64,000 nucleotides of DNA from Bibersteinia trehalosi (GTDB lineage Bacteria > Pseudomonadota > Gammaproteobacteria > Enterobacterales > Pasteurellaceae), in the NCBI RefSeq assembly GCF_004346205.1, contig NZ_SMAM01000006.1:38839-102838 (forward strand). Direction: 5' to 3'. This document shows positions 1-11,994 of this stretch, in pieces. Under the pieces are notes generated by a model. It was given only the letters and a program-made list of their open reading frames with translations. It searched no databases and was not told the DNA's origin. Both the position numbers and the translations under genes were made by a program. The first letter of the stretch is position 1; the number at the start of each line of letters is the position of its first letter.

Positions 1-2
1 GG

Positions 3-1232
3 CGGATTTTGCATTCAGAAGCTTTTCGTTGTTTGCAAGCGAAAACGCAAATTCATGCGGTTGGCGAAGATGATTTCTATCGTACACGCCTAACACACTC
101 CTTAGAAGTTGCTCAAATTGGTAGTAGTTTACGTGCAAAATTAGTAGGTGATGTGAGTGGCTTTCAAGCGCTGGCAAAAGAGCAAAAATCTGTAAAAGAG
201 CTAGAAGCGCTGCTGCCTTCTCGTAGTTTAATGGAATCACTCTGTTTTGCCCATGACATTGGGCATCCACCTTTTGGGCACGGTGGCGAAATGGCATTGA
301 ATTATAAAATGCGCCAACATGGAGGCTTTGAGGGTAACGCTCAATCATTTCGGATTGTGACGCAGCTTGAGCCCTATACCGCCGATTTGGGAATGAACCT
401 AACGCGGCGTACTTTACTTGGCATTATTAAATATCCTGCTTTTCTTGACCAAACCGCGCCTAGAGAGCCGAAGGCAATGCCTGAAAGTCGTTATATCAAT
501 TTGCATAATTTTCCGACTAATAAAGGTCTATACCGCGATGATCAGCGTTTTTTTGATTGGGTGCTTGAGCCGCTTTCTAAGGTTGATCGCCAGCTATTTT
601 GTTTGGTGGCACCGAGCGAAAAAGCAAGCTTTCCTAATAAAACGCTCCATAAATCACTTGATTGTAGTTTGATGGAACTGGCTGATGACATTGCTTATGG
701 GGTACACGATTTAGAAGATGCAATAGTCGGTGGCATGGTAACACCACAAACGTGGCAATACGCTGAATATGAATTTGAAAAGTGCCAGTCGCAATGGATT
801 AAAAACCGTTTACCAAGTTTGCGAGAAAAACTCTTTTCTCTTCACCGCTACGAGCGTAAAGATGTCATTGGTGCGCTGGTAAATTATTTTGTCACCAATG
901 TGCAGTGGAAAGTGAATGATGCGTTTAGTGAGCCGTTACTTCGTTATAATGCCGAGCTACCAAAAGAGGTGCGGGAAGTGCTAGCTGTACTAAAAAATTT
1001 CGTTTACCAATATGTGATTTGTGATGTAAAAACACAGCGAGTGGAATACAAAGGGCAGCGAATTTTAATGGAATTGTTTGATATGCTTTCTGTAGATCCC
1101 GCTCGTTTATTACCAAAGCCTATTGCGGAACGCTGGCAAAATGCGGAAGAGAAACTGCGTCCAAGGGTCATTTGTGATTATTTAGCGAGTATGTCGGATG
1201 GGCAGGCATTCAAACTATATCAGACGTTATAA
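3..1232 (+). CDS. dGTPase-like HD-domain triphosphohydrolase, 5'-truncated by the window edge
   Basis: HD motif HDIGHPPFGH; dGTP triphosphohydrolase-like family similarity. ORF runs to the window start. Confidence 0.75.
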   Translation, partial: RILHSEAFRCLQAKTQIHAVGEDDFYRTRLTHSLEVAQIGSSLRAKLVGDVSGFQALAKEQKSVKELEALLPSRSLMESLCFAHDIGHPPFGHGGEMALNYKMRQHGGFEGNAQSFRIVTQLEPYTADLGMNLTRRTLLGIIKYPAFLDQTAPREPKAMPESRYINLHNFPTNKGLYRDDQRFFDWVLEPLSKVDRQLFCLVAPSEKASFPNKTLHKSLDCSLMELADDIAYGVHDLEDAIVGGMVTPQTWQYAEYEFEKCQSQWIKNRLPSLREKLFSLHRYERKDVIGALVNYFVTNVQWKVNDAFSEPLLRYNAELPKEVREVLAVLKNFVYQYVICDVKTQRVEYKGQRILMELFDMLSVDPARLLPKPIAERWQNAEEKLRPRVICDYLASMSDGQAFKLYQTL

Positions 1233-1520
1233 TAAACAGCAGCAATGCCGGTGGAGTGAAGACGAGCGCCATTATTATGTTTGAGTGTATTTTGAGCTGT
1301 TTTGGTTTGAGTGTTCAGCAATTTTGCAAATTTTTTGTAAAATTAAACCGCTTGCACAATAATTTTAAAGTAAAATGCACGGCTTTTTAGTGCGCCCCAG
1401 AAATGGAAAATTTATAGAATGGTTTTAGTTTATCGAAATCTATAGAGAGGATGAACTAAAGCCTATTTTCTTTGCACGCTGTTATTTTGGAAATACGATT
1501 ATTTTTGATTGAGATAAAAA

Positions 1521-4424
1521 ATGAATTTTGTAGTTGGACAACGCTGGATCAGCGAAAGTGAAAATAATTTAGGGCTAGGTATTGTACGGGCGGTGGATGT
1601 GCGTACTGTAACGATAGATTTCCCAGCCGCAGATGAACAACGCGTGTATGCGGTGGCTGTGGCGCCATTAACTCGCGTGCAGTTTCAGCAAGGTGATACG
1701 GTGAGTAGCGCGGAGGGTTGGCAACTTAGCATCAGTGATGTAGTAGAAAATCAAGGCGTGCTTATTTATTTAGGTAAGCGCTTGGATAGTGATGAAGAAG
1801 CGGTGCTGCCGGAAACATTACTGGATCACAAAGTGAGTTTTAGTAAACCACAGGATCGTTTATTCTCTGCTCAAATTGATCGTAGCGATCGATTTGCTTT
1901 GCGTTATCGCGCATTGCAGCACCAGCAAGCACAGTTTCAATCACCATTGCGCGGATTACGCGGTATTCGCGCAAGCTTGATTCCACACCAGCTGCATATT
2001 GCTCAAGAAGTGGGACAGCGTGTAGCTCCTCGTGTGTTACTTGCCGATGAGGTGGGGTTAGGAAAAACGATTGAAGCTGGCATGATTTTGCAGCAACAGC
2101 TTTTCTCTGGCAGAGTAGAGCGAGTGCTGGTGCTTGTGCCTGAAAGCTTACAGCATCAATGGCTGGTGGAAATGCTCCGCCGTTTTAATCTCAATTTCTC
2201 GTTATTTGATGAAGAACGCTGTGCAGATTTTGACAGAGAAGAGGCAGAAGGGAGCCAAAATCCATTTGAAACGGAAAGTATGGTAATTGCTTCTATCGAT
2301 TGGTTGGAAAAATCGCCAAAACGTGCCGAACAAGTGCTGGGAAGTGAATGGGATTTAATGATTATTGATGAAGCACACCATTTAGAGTGGAATGAGCAAG
2401 CGCCGAGCCTCGCTTATCGTTTTGTTGAACAGCTTGCTGCCAAAATTCCTGCCGTATTGTTGCTGACGGCAACCCCTGAACAGCTTGGGCAAGAGAGCCA
2501 CTTTGCCCGTTTGAAATTGCTTGATCCAAACCGTTTCTTTGATTACCAAGAATTTGTCAAAGAACAGCAACAATATCAGCCTGTTGCTGATGCGGTTGCA
2601 ACATTACTCAATGATGCGCCTTTATCCAACTCAGAGCAGAATGCTATTAGCGAATTATTAAGTGAGCAAGATGTTGAACCAATGTTACGCATTATTAATA
2701 GCGATGCGGATATTGAGCAAAAACAGGCGGTACGCCAAGAGCTGATCAGTGAACTTATTGACCGCCATGGCACAAGCCGAGTGTTGTTCCGTAACACGCG
2801 TCAAGCTGTTAAAGGCTTCCCACATCGTGAGTATCATCAAATTAATTTAGCGATGCCAAAACAGTACGCTAATGCTCTCAAAGTGATGGGCATGATGAGC
2901 GGTAAAAAGCTAGAAGATTTGCTCTATCCTGAACGCCTATTCCAACGAATGAATCCGAATGCGGCTTGGTATGATTTCGATCCACGCATTGAGTGGTTAA
3001 TTACTTTTCTGAAAAGCCATCGAGATGAGAAAATTTTAGTGATCTGTAAACAAGCAGACACCGCCATTCAGCTTGAACAAGCCCTTAGAGAGAAAGAAGC
3101 GATCCGTTCCGCTGTGTTCCACGAAAGAATGACAATTGTCGAACGAGACAAGGCTGCGGCTTACTTTGCTGACTTAGAAGAAGGCGCACAGGTGTTGATC
3201 AGCTCCAGTATCGGCTCAGAAGGGCGAAATTTCCAGTTTGCTCGTCATTTAGTGCTGTTTAATCTGCCTGATAATCCTGATTTACTAGAGCAGAGTATTG
3301 GGCGTTTAGATCGTATTGGACAAAAACATGATATTCAAATTTATGTACCATGCTTTGAACAATCTGCACAGCATGTGCTTGCGGATTGGTATCACAGTGG
3401 GTTGAATGCCTTTGAAGAAACCTGCCCAATGGGGGCGGCACTATTCCGAGAATATGCTGAGCAGCTCAATAGCTATCTGCTTGAGCCACAAGCGGTTGAA
3501 AATTTCACTGAATTTGCAAAACAGACCGCCAAACGCCGAGAGCAACTGAAAGCAGAGCTAGAGCAAGGGCGGGATCGTTTATTGGAGCTTAATTCTAATG
3601 GTGGCGATTTAGCTCAAGAAACGGCAAATGCGATTGCCGAACAAGATAGCGATCCAAAATTGGTGAGTTTTGCACTAAAACTGTTTGATGTAATTGGGCT
3701 TGAACAGGAAGATTTAGGTGAAAAAAGCATTGTGATTAGCCCAACAGGGCATATGCTCGTACCAGATTTCCCAGGGCTTTCGGAAGAAGGAAATACGGTC
3801 ACTTTTGAACGGGAATTAGCCTTAATGCGTGAAGATGTGCTGTTTTTAACTTGGGATAGCCCAATGATTCGCAACGGTATTGATTTAATTACGGCTGGTG
3901 ATATTGGTAAATCCGCTGTTTCATTATTGGTGAATAAAAATTTACCTGCTGGAACACTATTACTTGAGGCAATTTATGTCGTGGAAGCACAAGCACCAAA
4001 AGGTTTGCAGCTCACTCGCTTCTTGCCACCAACGCCAGTGCGAGTTTTACTGGATAATAAAGGCAACAATCTCGCTGCGCAAGTCTCGTTTACCGGTTTG
4101 GAAAAACAGCTGAAACCGATGGGTAAACAGATGGCAAATAAAATTGTGAAAATGGCTCGTTCAGATATTGAGAAATTAATTGCCTTTGGGGAACAGAAAA
4201 TAGCGCCACTTGCAGAAAATTTAATTATGCAGGCAAAAGCGGAATGTGATCGCAAGTTATCCGCAGAATTACATCGCTTGCAATCGCTCCAAGCAGTGAA
4301 TAAAAATATTCGCGATGATGAAATTGCAATGTTGGAAAGCATTAAAGCGCAATCGCTTGAACAACTCAATCAAGCAAATTGGCGATTAGATAGCTTGCGA
4401 TTGATTGTGAGTAATCAAGCATAG
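1521..4424 (+). CDS. rapA: RNA polymerase-associated SNF2-family ATPase RapA (HepA)
   Basis: 967 aa; GLGKT Walker A, DEAH box and helicase C motifs; N-terminus typical of RapA. Confidence 0.9.
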   Translation: MNFVVGQRWISESENNLGLGIVRAVDVRTVTIDFPAADEQRVYAVAVAPLTRVQFQQGDTVSSAEGWQLSISDVVENQGVLIYLGKRLDSDEEAVLPETLLDHKVSFSKPQDRLFSAQIDRSDRFALRYRALQHQQAQFQSPLRGLRGIRASLIPHQLHIAQEVGQRVAPRVLLADEVGLGKTIEAGMILQQQLFSGRVERVLVLVPESLQHQWLVEMLRRFNLNFSLFDEERCADFDREEAEGSQNPFETESMVIASIDWLEKSPKRAEQVLGSEWDLMIIDEAHHLEWNEQAPSLAYRFVEQLAAKIPAVLLLTATPEQLGQESHFARLKLLDPNRFFDYQEFVKEQQQYQPVADAVATLLNDAPLSNSEQNAISELLSEQDVEPMLRIINSDADIEQKQAVRQELISELIDRHGTSRVLFRNTRQAVKGFPHREYHQINLAMPKQYANALKVMGMMSGKKLEDLLYPERLFQRMNPNAAWYDFDPRIEWLITFLKSHRDEKILVICKQADTAIQLEQALREKEAIRSAVFHERMTIVERDKAAAYFADLEEGAQVLISSSIGSEGRNFQFARHLVLFNLPDNPDLLEQSIGRLDRIGQKHDIQIYVPCFEQSAQHVLADWYHSGLNAFEETCPMGAALFREYAEQLNSYLLEPQAVENFTEFAKQTAKRREQLKAELEQGRDRLLELNSNGGDLAQETANAIAEQDSDPKLVSFALKLFDVIGLEQEDLGEKSIVISPTGHMLVPDFPGLSEEGNTVTFERELALMREDVLFLTWDSPMIRNGIDLITAGDIGKSAVSLLVNKNLPAGTLLLEAIYVVEAQAPKGLQLTRFLPPTPVRVLLDNKGNNLAAQVSFTGLEKQLKPMGKQMANKIVKMARSDIEKLIAFGEQKIAPLAENLIMQAKAECDRKLSAELHRLQSLQAVNKNIRDDEIAMLESIKAQSLEQLNQANWRLDSLRLIVSNQA

Positions 4425-4497
4425 AAATTCATCTGAAGTCCTATCAATTAGAGTGTTGTATCTTCAAATTTGGTTTGGAACCTTCAAAAATAGAGAT

Positions 4498-4530
4498 GGC
4501 GCAAGCTTCCATGCTTGCGCCATTGTTTTT
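4498..4530. terminator. rho-independent terminator between convergent rapA and tusA-like gene
   Basis: GGCGCAAGC-TTCCAT-GCTTGCGCC followed by ATTGTTTTT. Confidence 0.6.
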
Positions 4531-4542
4531 AGCGGTGAACAC

Positions 4543-4767
4543 TTAATTTTTCTGTACTACGATTTCCCAAGATGCTTCACCTGTTTGTGCAAAGTGAGTG
4601 ACTGGATAGCCCTGCTCTGCCGCCCACTGCGGGATACTTTCTGTCCCTTGGGTGCAATCAAAAGCAATAAATAACTCATCGCCACTGGCAAGTTCTGCCA
4701 TTTTCTTTTTTGCCTCAATCAATGGAAATGGGCACACCATTCCGCCTGTTTCTAAATTGTAACGCAT
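4543..4767 (-). CDS. TusA-family sulfurtransferase (YeeD-like)
   Basis: 74 aa with the conserved CPxP motif (CPFPLI); paired with YeeE/YedE downstream. Confidence 0.8.
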   Translation of the reverse strand: MRYNLETGGMVCPFPLIEAKKKMAELASGDELFIAFDCTQGTESIPQWAAEQGYPVTHFAQTGEASWEIVVQKN

Positions 4768-4803
4768 AGGATTCTCCTAAAGATTCAAATGAAATTTTGT
4801 AAA

Positions 4804-5856
4804 TTATGCAGCACAAGCAACCGCTTGACGTTGTGGACGAATGAAAATGAAATATGTCATGCTCCATGCACCTAAGATAGTGAAAGCCAAAGAGAGCCAG
4901 CCTTTGCTACTCATCACCGCGGTAGCCGTGAGTCCGTTGCCGATCGTACAACCACCGGCTAATGAAGCTCCAATACCCATCGTAATACCACCAATAGTAG
5001 AGTGATAAATCGTTTTGAGATCAGGCAAACGCCATCTAAATTCATGGCTGCCTTTAGCCGCAATGTAAGAGCCAATGAAAATACCAAGTACTAAGAATAC
5101 TCCCCAGTTCAAACGTTTTTCATTACCGGTAACAAGGAAATTGACAATATCGGCCGAAGGGGTGGTAATACCTAGCCCGCCAACTCTGCCTGTAGAAGTG
5201 CTGGTTACCCAAGCTAAAATTGCAAGTACACCAATAATTACGGCTGCAGCAAAAGGGTGGTAGCGTTTTTCAAAGAGCCAATGGCGTAAACCTGTGTATT
5301 TAGGAGTAAGGCTTGCGAGAGCAACTTTAGGACGTTTAAGCCAAGTGCGATAGATGCCATAAACTGTTCCAATTAACAATAAAGCAACTAGCCACCATAC
5401 TGAGATACCCAGTGTCTCTGCAAGATTTTCATTCACTCTGCCATATTGCTCAATGGCTTTTTGGAAATTGTTTAGTGCGCCATATTTCATAATGGATGAA
5501 AACAGCATATACATTGCAAGTGCAATCCAGCTACCGATTAAGCCTTCGCCTGCGCGATACCAAGTACCGGTGGCGCAGCCGCTAGCCAGAATAATGCCGA
5601 TCCCAAATAGAAATGAGCCAAAGATAACGGCTACCAATGAGAACTCTTTGTAGCTCAGAGGAATGTAGCCCGCTTGTACCAAACCGAGTACGCCGAAGCT
5701 TTGTACGGTAATTGCGAGCAGAAATGCGTAGAACATTTTGTTATTTTTATTCAGATACATATCGCGAAACCCGCCCGTCATACAAAAGCGTGTTCGTTGT
5801 AATACAAAGCCAAGTAAAATACCGACGCTGCCGCCAGCAAAAATTGTCCAAAGCAT
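4804..5856 (-). CDS. YeeE/YedE-family inner-membrane protein (thiosulfate transporter TsuA-like)
   Basis: Polytopic membrane protein with duplicated YeeE/YedE halves (GCxxG motifs). Start chosen at the ATG preceded by GGAGG (track ORF extends 15 codons further). Confidence 0.75.
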   Translation of the reverse strand: MLWTIFAGGSVGILLGFVLQRTRFCMTGGFRDMYLNKNNKMFYAFLLAITVQSFGVLGLVQAGYIPLSYKEFSLVAVIFGSFLFGIGIILASGCATGTWYRAGEGLIGSWIALAMYMLFSSIMKYGALNNFQKAIEQYGRVNENLAETLGISVWWLVALLLIGTVYGIYRTWLKRPKVALASLTPKYTGLRHWLFEKRYHPFAAAVIIGVLAILAWVTSTSTGRVGGLGITTPSADIVNFLVTGNEKRLNWGVFLVLGIFIGSYIAAKGSHEFRWRLPDLKTIYHSTIGGITMGIGASLAGGCTIGNGLTATAVMSSKGWLSLAFTILGAWSMTYFIFIRPQRQAVACAA

Positions 5857-5961
5857 AGAGCCTCCATGAATCAAAAAATGAACAAGGCAGACTATAGCCA
5901 AAGATTTTATAGAACAAAAATAACTAAAAGAATTAATTTATATCGCAAAATAATATAAAAA

Positions 5962-6462
5962 TTAGACTGCTTGAAGCTGACCTTTACATTTTTTACACAG
6001 ATAAATTCTGCCATTACGCACAATGGCATGATGACGGCGGGTAGAAAGTTGATGAATTTGACAATGGCAACGGTAAGCAAACTGCTTTGCGGCATTCACT
6101 GTATCAAAGCAGTGGTAAGTGTTGGCAGATACGCCTAGTACATTTTCCATCATAAATTGCCACTCTTTACCATGGGGGCGGACGCGTCCAAAAAGCTGAT
6201 AAACCAAAATATGTGCGAGTTCGTGTGGAACGACTTGGTTAATGAAATCTAAACCATTTTCTTGAAGCAGAATGGGATTAAAACGCACTTCATTGCGTTC
6301 AAGATAGGCAACACCAGCTTTTAAACCCCGCATATTATAAAGAATGTTTGGGGTATGAAAATCGGTTTGGAAAAATGCAGAGGCCTTTGTTAAATCTTGC
6401 TTTAAACGACGCTGCACCTGCATTTTTAGTTGAGGGAGAGAGAGCATTAGTTTTTCGGACAA
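5962..6462 (-). CDS. sprT: SprT-family zinc metalloprotease-like protein
   Basis: HELAH motif plus C-terminal Cys-rich zinc ribbon (CxxC...CxxC). Confidence 0.8.
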   Translation of the reverse strand: MSEKLMLSLPQLKMQVQRRLKQDLTKASAFFQTDFHTPNILYNMRGLKAGVAYLERNEVRFNPILLQENGLDFINQVVPHELAHILVYQLFGRVRPHGKEWQFMMENVLGVSANTYHCFDTVNAAKQFAYRCHCQIHQLSTRRHHAIVRNGRIYLCKKCKGQLQAV

Positions 6463-7178
6463 TCAATAACATTCCACTGTTTATCATAGCAGATGTAAAG
6501 TTCCGTTTTGCTGGCACCAATATAGGCATTTTTAAGCTGTGGATTGTGCTGTTTCAACCATGCAAAGAGCTCTTTACGGCTCATCGCTTGCTCTGGTAAT
6601 TTAAGCTGTAAGAATAATTCTTTTTGTTTAGCAAAATAGCTATCGGCAGAATTGAAAGCACAAGCGCCATGTTTTTCCCACTGACCTTGTAATAGGTTAG
6701 CGCCCGGAGATTCAGGCATATGTTGTTTAATAAGCTCTTCTGAGAGCGGGGGAAGATCTCCTTGGCAAAAACGTGGATGCTCGGACGGTGAGCGTGCACT
6801 TGCCGCTTGAGGCCATAAGCCGTGAATCACCCAGCCAAATTTTTCTGCATTATCGCACTGATAGCGCAGGTGTTTTGGTATATCTCCTTCATTTTTACGT
6901 TTTTGTAGTTCACAAAAACTTGGTGACCAAGAAAGAGCCAGCTGGTAATAATCAACCCCTGCTTTTTTATTCTGACCTAAATTGTCATTTGCCATTACAG
7001 TATCGTAGTTACCTAAACTTGCAGGCAATTGGATTTCGCTTTTGCTGGTAGATGATTGTTGCGCTTTTTCTTCATTTTTGATCCAAGTAAAGATCGCAAA
7101 GATTAAAATAATGATGATAAAAAGCAGCTGGTTTAAGCTGCTTCTTTTGCTAAGTGGTTGAGAATTATGCTTTTTCAT
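6447..7178 (-). CDS. rna: RNase T2-family periplasmic ribonuclease (RNase I-like)
   Basis: Signal peptide; CAS I motif HGLWPQ and CAS II motif WEKHGAC. Confidence 0.8.
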   Translation of the reverse strand: MKKHNSQPLSKRSSLNQLLFIIIILIFAIFTWIKNEEKAQQSSTSKSEIQLPASLGNYDTVMANDNLGQNKKAGVDYYQLALSWSPSFCELQKRKNEGDIPKHLRYQCDNAEKFGWVIHGLWPQAASARSPSEHPRFCQGDLPPLSEELIKQHMPESPGANLLQGQWEKHGACAFNSADSYFAKQKELFLQLKLPEQAMSRKELFAWLKQHNPQLKNAYIGASKTELYICYDKQWNVIDCPKN

Positions 7179-7218
7179 AGCTAGATAAATTGGCGACTGA
7201 AGATGGCGGTACTATACC

Positions 7219-7265
7219 AGCAAGCGGTTAGATTTTGTAATTTTTTTGCAAAATCCAACCGCTTG
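7219..7265. terminator. inverted USS-pair hairpin (terminator)
   Basis: AGCAAGCGGTTAGATTTTG ... CAAAATCCAACCGCTTG around a T-run; downstream of the minus-strand BASS gene. Confidence 0.5.
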
Positions 7266-7281
7266 AAAAAGTTGGGATTAT

Positions 7282-8226
7282 CTAAGGCTTAGATTTGTTA
7301 TCCATTCGGCTGAAAATCATTGCCAAAATAGGGCCGGAGATATTATGCCAGAAACTAAACACCGCGCTTGGTACGGCAATAAGTGGGTTTGCTTTAAAAT
7401 GTATTGCTGCTAATGCTGCACCTAAGCCAGAGTTTTGCATGCCAACTTCAATGGCAACGGCTTTGCTGTTATACACTTCAAGTTTAAACAGGCGTGCAAC
7501 CGCATAGCCGATGACATAACCCAAGCCATTATGTAGTGCAACTACTGCAAAAATGAGTAAGCCAGACTCAATAATACGATCTTTGCTTACTGAAACCACC
7601 GCGGTGACAATCAGCACGATTGCGATAACTGAAACTAATGGCATTATCTGGCTAAACTGCGCGATTTTTCCTTTGAAGAGAGAGCGAAGCAGTACCCCGA
7701 TAAAAATAGGCAATAGCACCATTTGTAAGACAGAGATAAACATTGCGCTTGCGTTAATTTCTAACCATTGACTGGCAAAGAGGTAGAATACGGCAGGGGT
7801 TAAAATCGGTGCTAATAAGGTTGAGATGGTTGTGCAAGCAACAGAAAGGGCTGTATTGCCTCTAGCAAGAAATGTCATCACATTAGAGGAGGTTCCACCA
7901 GGGCAGCATCCCACTAAAATAACACCAATAGCGAGATCGGCGGGGAGTTGGAAAAGCTTAGCCAGTAAGAAAGCAACGCAAGGCATCACCACAAATTGTG
8001 CAATAACGCCGATGAATACCGCTTTAGGGTGTCGGGTTACTTCGCTAAAATCGTTAAAGGTGAGTGTTAATCCCATACCTAGCATAACAATGCCGAGTAA
8101 ATAGGGGATCCAGCCAACAAAAATCTGAAAAGTTTCAGGAAATTGAGCGGCAATAAAGGCAAACAAGATTACCCAAATTGCAAAAGTTTTGCTGACAAAC
8201 TGGGTAAATTTCAATAAAGCGTGCAT
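7282..8226 (-). CDS. bile acid:sodium symporter (BASS) family transporter
   Basis: 314-aa polytopic membrane protein with BASS family features. Confidence 0.75.
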   Translation of the reverse strand: MHALLKFTQFVSKTFAIWVILFAFIAAQFPETFQIFVGWIPYLLGIVMLGMGLTLTFNDFSEVTRHPKAVFIGVIAQFVVMPCVAFLLAKLFQLPADLAIGVILVGCCPGGTSSNVMTFLARGNTALSVACTTISTLLAPILTPAVFYLFASQWLEINASAMFISVLQMVLLPIFIGVLLRSLFKGKIAQFSQIMPLVSVIAIVLIVTAVVSVSKDRIIESGLLIFAVVALHNGLGYVIGYAVARLFKLEVYNSKAVAIEVGMQNSGLGAALAAIHFKANPLIAVPSAVFSFWHNISGPILAMIFSRMDNKSKP

Positions 8227-8396
8227 AGCATTCTCCGAGCAGATAAAAGAGTACAGAATAATCGAAACTTTTCTAAAAATAAACCACCGCTGTTTTTATT
8301 CTTTTTGGTTATATTAAATAGATTCTTTGTCCTTAACATTTCTCAAAAAATCAGTACGCTACCAAAACTTCCATTTCTAAATATAAGGTACGGATT

Positions 8397-9347
8397 ATGA
8401 AAATTTATGAAGACAACTCACAAACTATCGGTAATACCCCATTAGTGCGCTTAAAAAATTTTGGTCATAATGGCAATATTTTGGCAAAAATTGAAGCTCG
8501 TAATCCAAGCTTTAGCGTGAAATGCCGTATTGGTGCCAATATGGTATGGCAAGCAGAAAAGGATGGCATTCTAACTGAAGGTAAAGAGATTATTGATGCT
8601 ACTAGTGGTAATACTGGCATTGCATTGGCGTATGTGGCAGCGGCGCGAGGTTATAAATTAACATTGACTATGCCAGAAACGATGAGTATTGAACGCCGTC
8701 GTTTACTGCGTGGTTTAGGGGCAACCTTGGTATTAACCGAAGGCGCAAAAGGAATGAAAGGAGCCATTGCGAAAGCCGAAGAGATTCTAGCTAGTGATCC
8801 AAATCGTTATGTGATGTTGAAACAGTTTGAAAATCCAGCTAACCCAGCAATCCATGAACAAACAACAGGACCAGAGATCTGGCAAGCAACAGAAGGCGGG
8901 GTTGATGTGTTTGTAGCAGGTGTTGGTACTGGTGGGACGATTACTGGGGTGAGCCGCTATTTAAAACACACCCAAGGTAAAGCGGTAGTTAGCGTTGCGG
9001 TTGAACCTGCTGAGTCTCCTGTCATTACTCAAACGCGTAACGGCGAAGAAGTGAAACCAGGGCCACATAAAATTCAAGGTATTGGAGCAGGCTTTATTCC
9101 AAAAAATTTAGATTTATCTTTAATCGACCGAGTTGAACAAATCGATAGTGAAACGGCAATCGCAACCGCGCGCCGAGTGATGGCAGAAGAAGGAATTCTG
9201 GTTGGTATTTCATCAGGTGCAGCTGTTGCAGCGGCAGATCGCATCGCGAAGTTACCTGAATTTGCTGATAAAACCATCGTGGTAATTTTACCTTCTGCTT
9301 CAGAGCGTTATTTAAGTACATTGCTCTTTGAAGGTTTTGAAGCTTGA
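8397..9347 (+). CDS. cysK: cysteine synthase A (O-acetylserine sulfhydrylase)
   Basis: 316 aa; N-terminus [19 protein letters not shown]; PLP lysine region SVKCRIG; GNTG loop. Confidence 0.92.
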   Translation: MKIYEDNSQTIGNTPLVRLKNFGHNGNILAKIEARNPSFSVKCRIGANMVWQAEKDGILTEGKEIIDATSGNTGIALAYVAAARGYKLTLTMPETMSIERRRLLRGLGATLVLTEGAKGMKGAIAKAEEILASDPNRYVMLKQFENPANPAIHEQTTGPEIWQATEGGVDVFVAGVGTGGTITGVSRYLKHTQGKAVVSVAVEPAESPVITQTRNGEEVKPGPHKIQGIGAGFIPKNLDLSLIDRVEQIDSETAIATARRVMAEEGILVGISSGAAVAAADRIAKLPEFADKTIVVILPSASERYLSTLLFEGFEA

Positions 9348-9366
9348 TAAACCCTTAAGTGATGCA

Positions 9367-9400
9367 AAAGGCTGAACGTTTCTTGTTCAGCCTTTTTATT
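9367..9400. terminator. bidirectional rho-independent terminator (cysK / kpsT convergent)
   Basis: AAAGGCTGAAC-GTTTCTT-GTTCAGCCTTT followed by TTATT. Confidence 0.6.
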
Positions 9401-10049
9401 ATTGATTGGCGTTGTAAAACTTATAGGCTTCGTCAATATTTTCAAACTGATGCATTACGCCTTTATTCAGCACCATTGCATTATCACAATATTCTTTAAT
9501 TGCAGCAGGGCTATGTGAAACTAAAATAATTGAGCGGTCTTTGCGTTTTTCAAATAGCTCATGTTTACATTTTGCTGCAAAGCGGGAATCTCCTACGGCA
9601 ATGACTTCATCAATTAAGTAACAATCAAATTCCACCGAAAGAGATAAAGCAAAGGCAAGGCGAGCTTTCATACCTGAAGAATATTTTTTTACTGGCTCAT
9701 ATAAATAGTCGCCTAGTTCTGAGAATTCCTCGGTAAAGGCTTTCATGTAATCAAAATCTACATCATAAATTCGGCTGATAAAACGTAGATTATCCATCCC
9801 TGTTAAGCTACCTTGAAACGCACCACTGAATGCAAGCGGCCAAGAAATACTCATTTTGCGTTCGATTGTGCCTGTTGTTGGCGGTTCTACACCACTCATT
9901 AGCCGAATAAGCGTTGATTTCCCTGCACCGTTGCGTCCTAAAATCCCGACTTTCTCGCCTTTTTTGAGATCAAAATTTACATTACTTAGCACAGTTCGCC
10001 ATCCGGTACGAGTGAGGTAACGTTTGCTCACATTCTTTACACTAATCAT
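9399..10049 (-). CDS. kpsT: capsule polysaccharide export ABC transporter, ATP-binding protein (KpsT/BexA/CtrD/CpxA family)
   Basis: 216 aa; Walker [10 protein letters not shown]; close to BexA/CtrD signatures; first of a 4-gene export operon. Confidence 0.9.
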   Translation of the reverse strand: MISVKNVSKRYLTRTGWRTVLSNVNFDLKKGEKVGILGRNGAGKSTLIRLMSGVEPPTTGTIERKMSISWPLAFSGAFQGSLTGMDNLRFISRIYDVDFDYMKAFTEEFSELGDYLYEPVKKYSSGMKARLAFALSLSVEFDCYLIDEVIAVGDSRFAAKCKHELFEKRKDRSIILVSHSPAAIKEYCDNAMVLNKGVMHQFENIDEAYKFYNANQ

Positions 10050-10843
10050 CGTGGTTCAATTCCTTTACTGAAATTTCTTACCATCATTAACCCAAACCAA
10101 ATCATGGCAAGATCGCAAATAAGCAAGAAACTAATATTTTCATAGGTGGGAATCGTATCGCCAAAATAACCATGGCGGAACATCTCCGTGCCATTAATCA
10201 TAGGTATCCACTGTGCATATTCTCGAGCTTGTTGTGGCAACGTGTGCACAAAGAAAAATGCGCCAGATAACGGCAGCATCAAGAAGCTTAATGTTCCCCA
10301 TAGTTTGCCAAACATTTCGAATTTTTGTGCGATACTACAGATAATTAATCCTAAACCTAGCGCAAAGAATGCCATCAACAGCCAAGCAAAAATCATATAT
10401 AGCGCATCTTGTGGCATATCTATCCAACCAATGAGTATAAATAATGCCATAATTAAAATTTGTGCAATACTTGCTCCAGCGACTTCAAGTAACACGCGTG
10501 TAATAATTGTATCCAGTACTCGCACATTACGATGATAAAGCAAGCTTAAATTCCCTGAAATTGCTCCGATCGTACGGTTAGACGTATTCCGCCACATCAT
10601 TGCGATGGGATAACCTGTAATCATAAACGCAATAATATTTAAAGTAGAAAACTTGTCTGCTCGGATAAAGTTCCACATTAACGTAATGAGTAGCGTCATT
10701 AGCAATGGCTCAATAAACAGCCATAGAAAGCCTAAGTTTCTGCGGCCATAACGTGTAATCACTTCCCGCATTAATAAGGCACCAATCACGCGCCCTTGGA
10801 TAGCGAGTGATTGGCGAAAAGTGGTTTGATCTCCGTATTGCAT
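10046..10843 (-). CDS. kpsM: capsule export ABC-2 permease (KpsM/BexB/CtrC/CpxB family)
   Basis: 265-aa ABC-2 type membrane protein; 4-nt overlap with the ATPase gene. Confidence 0.88.
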   Translation of the reverse strand: MQYGDQTTFRQSLAIQGRVIGALLMREVITRYGRRNLGFLWLFIEPLLMTLLITLMWNFIRADKFSTLNIIAFMITGYPIAMMWRNTSNRTIGAISGNLSLLYHRNVRVLDTIITRVLLEVAGASIAQILIMALFILIGWIDMPQDALYMIFAWLLMAFFALGLGLIICSIAQKFEMFGKLWGTLSFLMLPLSGAFFFVHTLPQQAREYAQWIPMINGTEMFRHGYFGDTIPTYENISFLLICDLAMIWFGLMMVRNFSKGIEPR

Positions 10844-11985
10844 CAGTTTTTATGCTCTCTAATACTTGCGATTAATAAGCCAAATACCCCATACAACATT
10901 AAACCGATAATAAAGGTGGCTAAAATGTTATATAAACGATAAGGCTCAACCGCCCAGTCTGGTTTGCTAGGTTGATTAATCACTTCCAAATAAAGTTGTT
11001 GGCGATCCGCTTCATTGCGTGTGTTTTGCAACGATACCATTGCTGTGGTTAATTGTTGCTGTGCAAGTTCATTATCTAGTACTAAGCGCTGGTAATCAGC
11101 TGCTTGTGTTGCAATGGAGTTACCACTGCCAGCTAAAGATTTAGACTGTTGTTCAAGCTGGGCTTTTAGGCTTTTTTGACGCTGTTTTAGCGCACCAACT
11201 TGCGGGTTATCTGGGGTAATAGATTCTAATTGTGCCAACTGGGTTTCAACCCGAATCAGTTCACTGCTCAAATTAGAAACTAACGCAAGCTGCGCATTAG
11301 ATTGCGCGGGTAAATCAACAAACTTATTTTTTACACGATAATAAGTTAAAGCATCTGCTGTTTCTTTTACCTTTTGTTCTGCAATTTCAACCGCTTGCTC
11401 TGCAAATTCAACCGTATCCATTCTTGCCCGTTCATTTAAGCGATTAATCAACTCTTCGCCTTGTTTAATTAAGCGTTCGTTAATTGCAAATCCCTCTTCT
11501 GGATCAAAAGCGCGGATACGTAAAGTGGCAATGCCTGCAACAGAATCAAAATCCACATTCAAACGATCTTTAAAATATTTATAGAATGCCTCTTGTGAGT
11601 TATTCCAGCCAAAACCGTTAAAGCGGCTTAAAATATCGCCTTTTTCAGAATAGAATTCACGTACAGGCAAAGTTTGTTGCAACTGCTCTAGTGCGGTACG
11701 TGAACGCATATATTCTTGCACGGTGTAAGTATCATCTTGCGAACGGGCAAAACCGCTACCTTGCAATAATGCACCAACACCACTTAACGCTGTTTGATTA
11801 CGCGGAGAGCGCACAACAAAGCTTGATTCTGAAATATAAATATCGGAAGCATAGCCACCAAAATAGATTGCAGAAAAGAGCGTTGGTAAAATAACAGTTA
11901 GCCATAACAATGGGCTAAATAGCTTGGATAATTTTTTCTTTTTTTTCGGTTGTATTTGGGCTTCTGCCGTTACATTGTTTTCCAT
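10843..11985 (-). CDS. kpsE: capsule export inner-membrane polysaccharide co-polymerase-like protein (KpsE/BexC/CtrB/CpxC family)
   Basis: 380 aa; N-terminal TM then SESSFVVRS motif typical of BexC/KpsE; C-terminal TM. Confidence 0.88.
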   Translation of the reverse strand: MENNVTAEAQIQPKKKKKLSKLFSPLLWLTVILPTLFSAIYFGGYASDIYISESSFVVRSPRNQTALSGVGALLQGSGFARSQDDTYTVQEYMRSRTALEQLQQTLPVREFYSEKGDILSRFNGFGWNNSQEAFYKYFKDRLNVDFDSVAGIATLRIRAFDPEEGFAINERLIKQGEELINRLNERARMDTVEFAEQAVEIAEQKVKETADALTYYRVKNKFVDLPAQSNAQLALVSNLSSELIRVETQLAQLESITPDNPQVGALKQRQKSLKAQLEQQSKSLAGSGNSIATQAADYQRLVLDNELAQQQLTTAMVSLQNTRNEADRQQLYLEVINQPSKPDWAVEPYRLYNILATFIIGLMLYGVFGLLIASIREHKN

Positions 11986-11994
11986 TCTTTACTC

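Noticed and set aside
418-4369. Short ORFs nested or antisense in the dGTPase-like and rapA genes (e.g. 418-672, 925-1116, 2382-2797, 3614-4369)
   Set aside because: Entirely contained within long, well-supported genes; low-complexity translations; no RBS.
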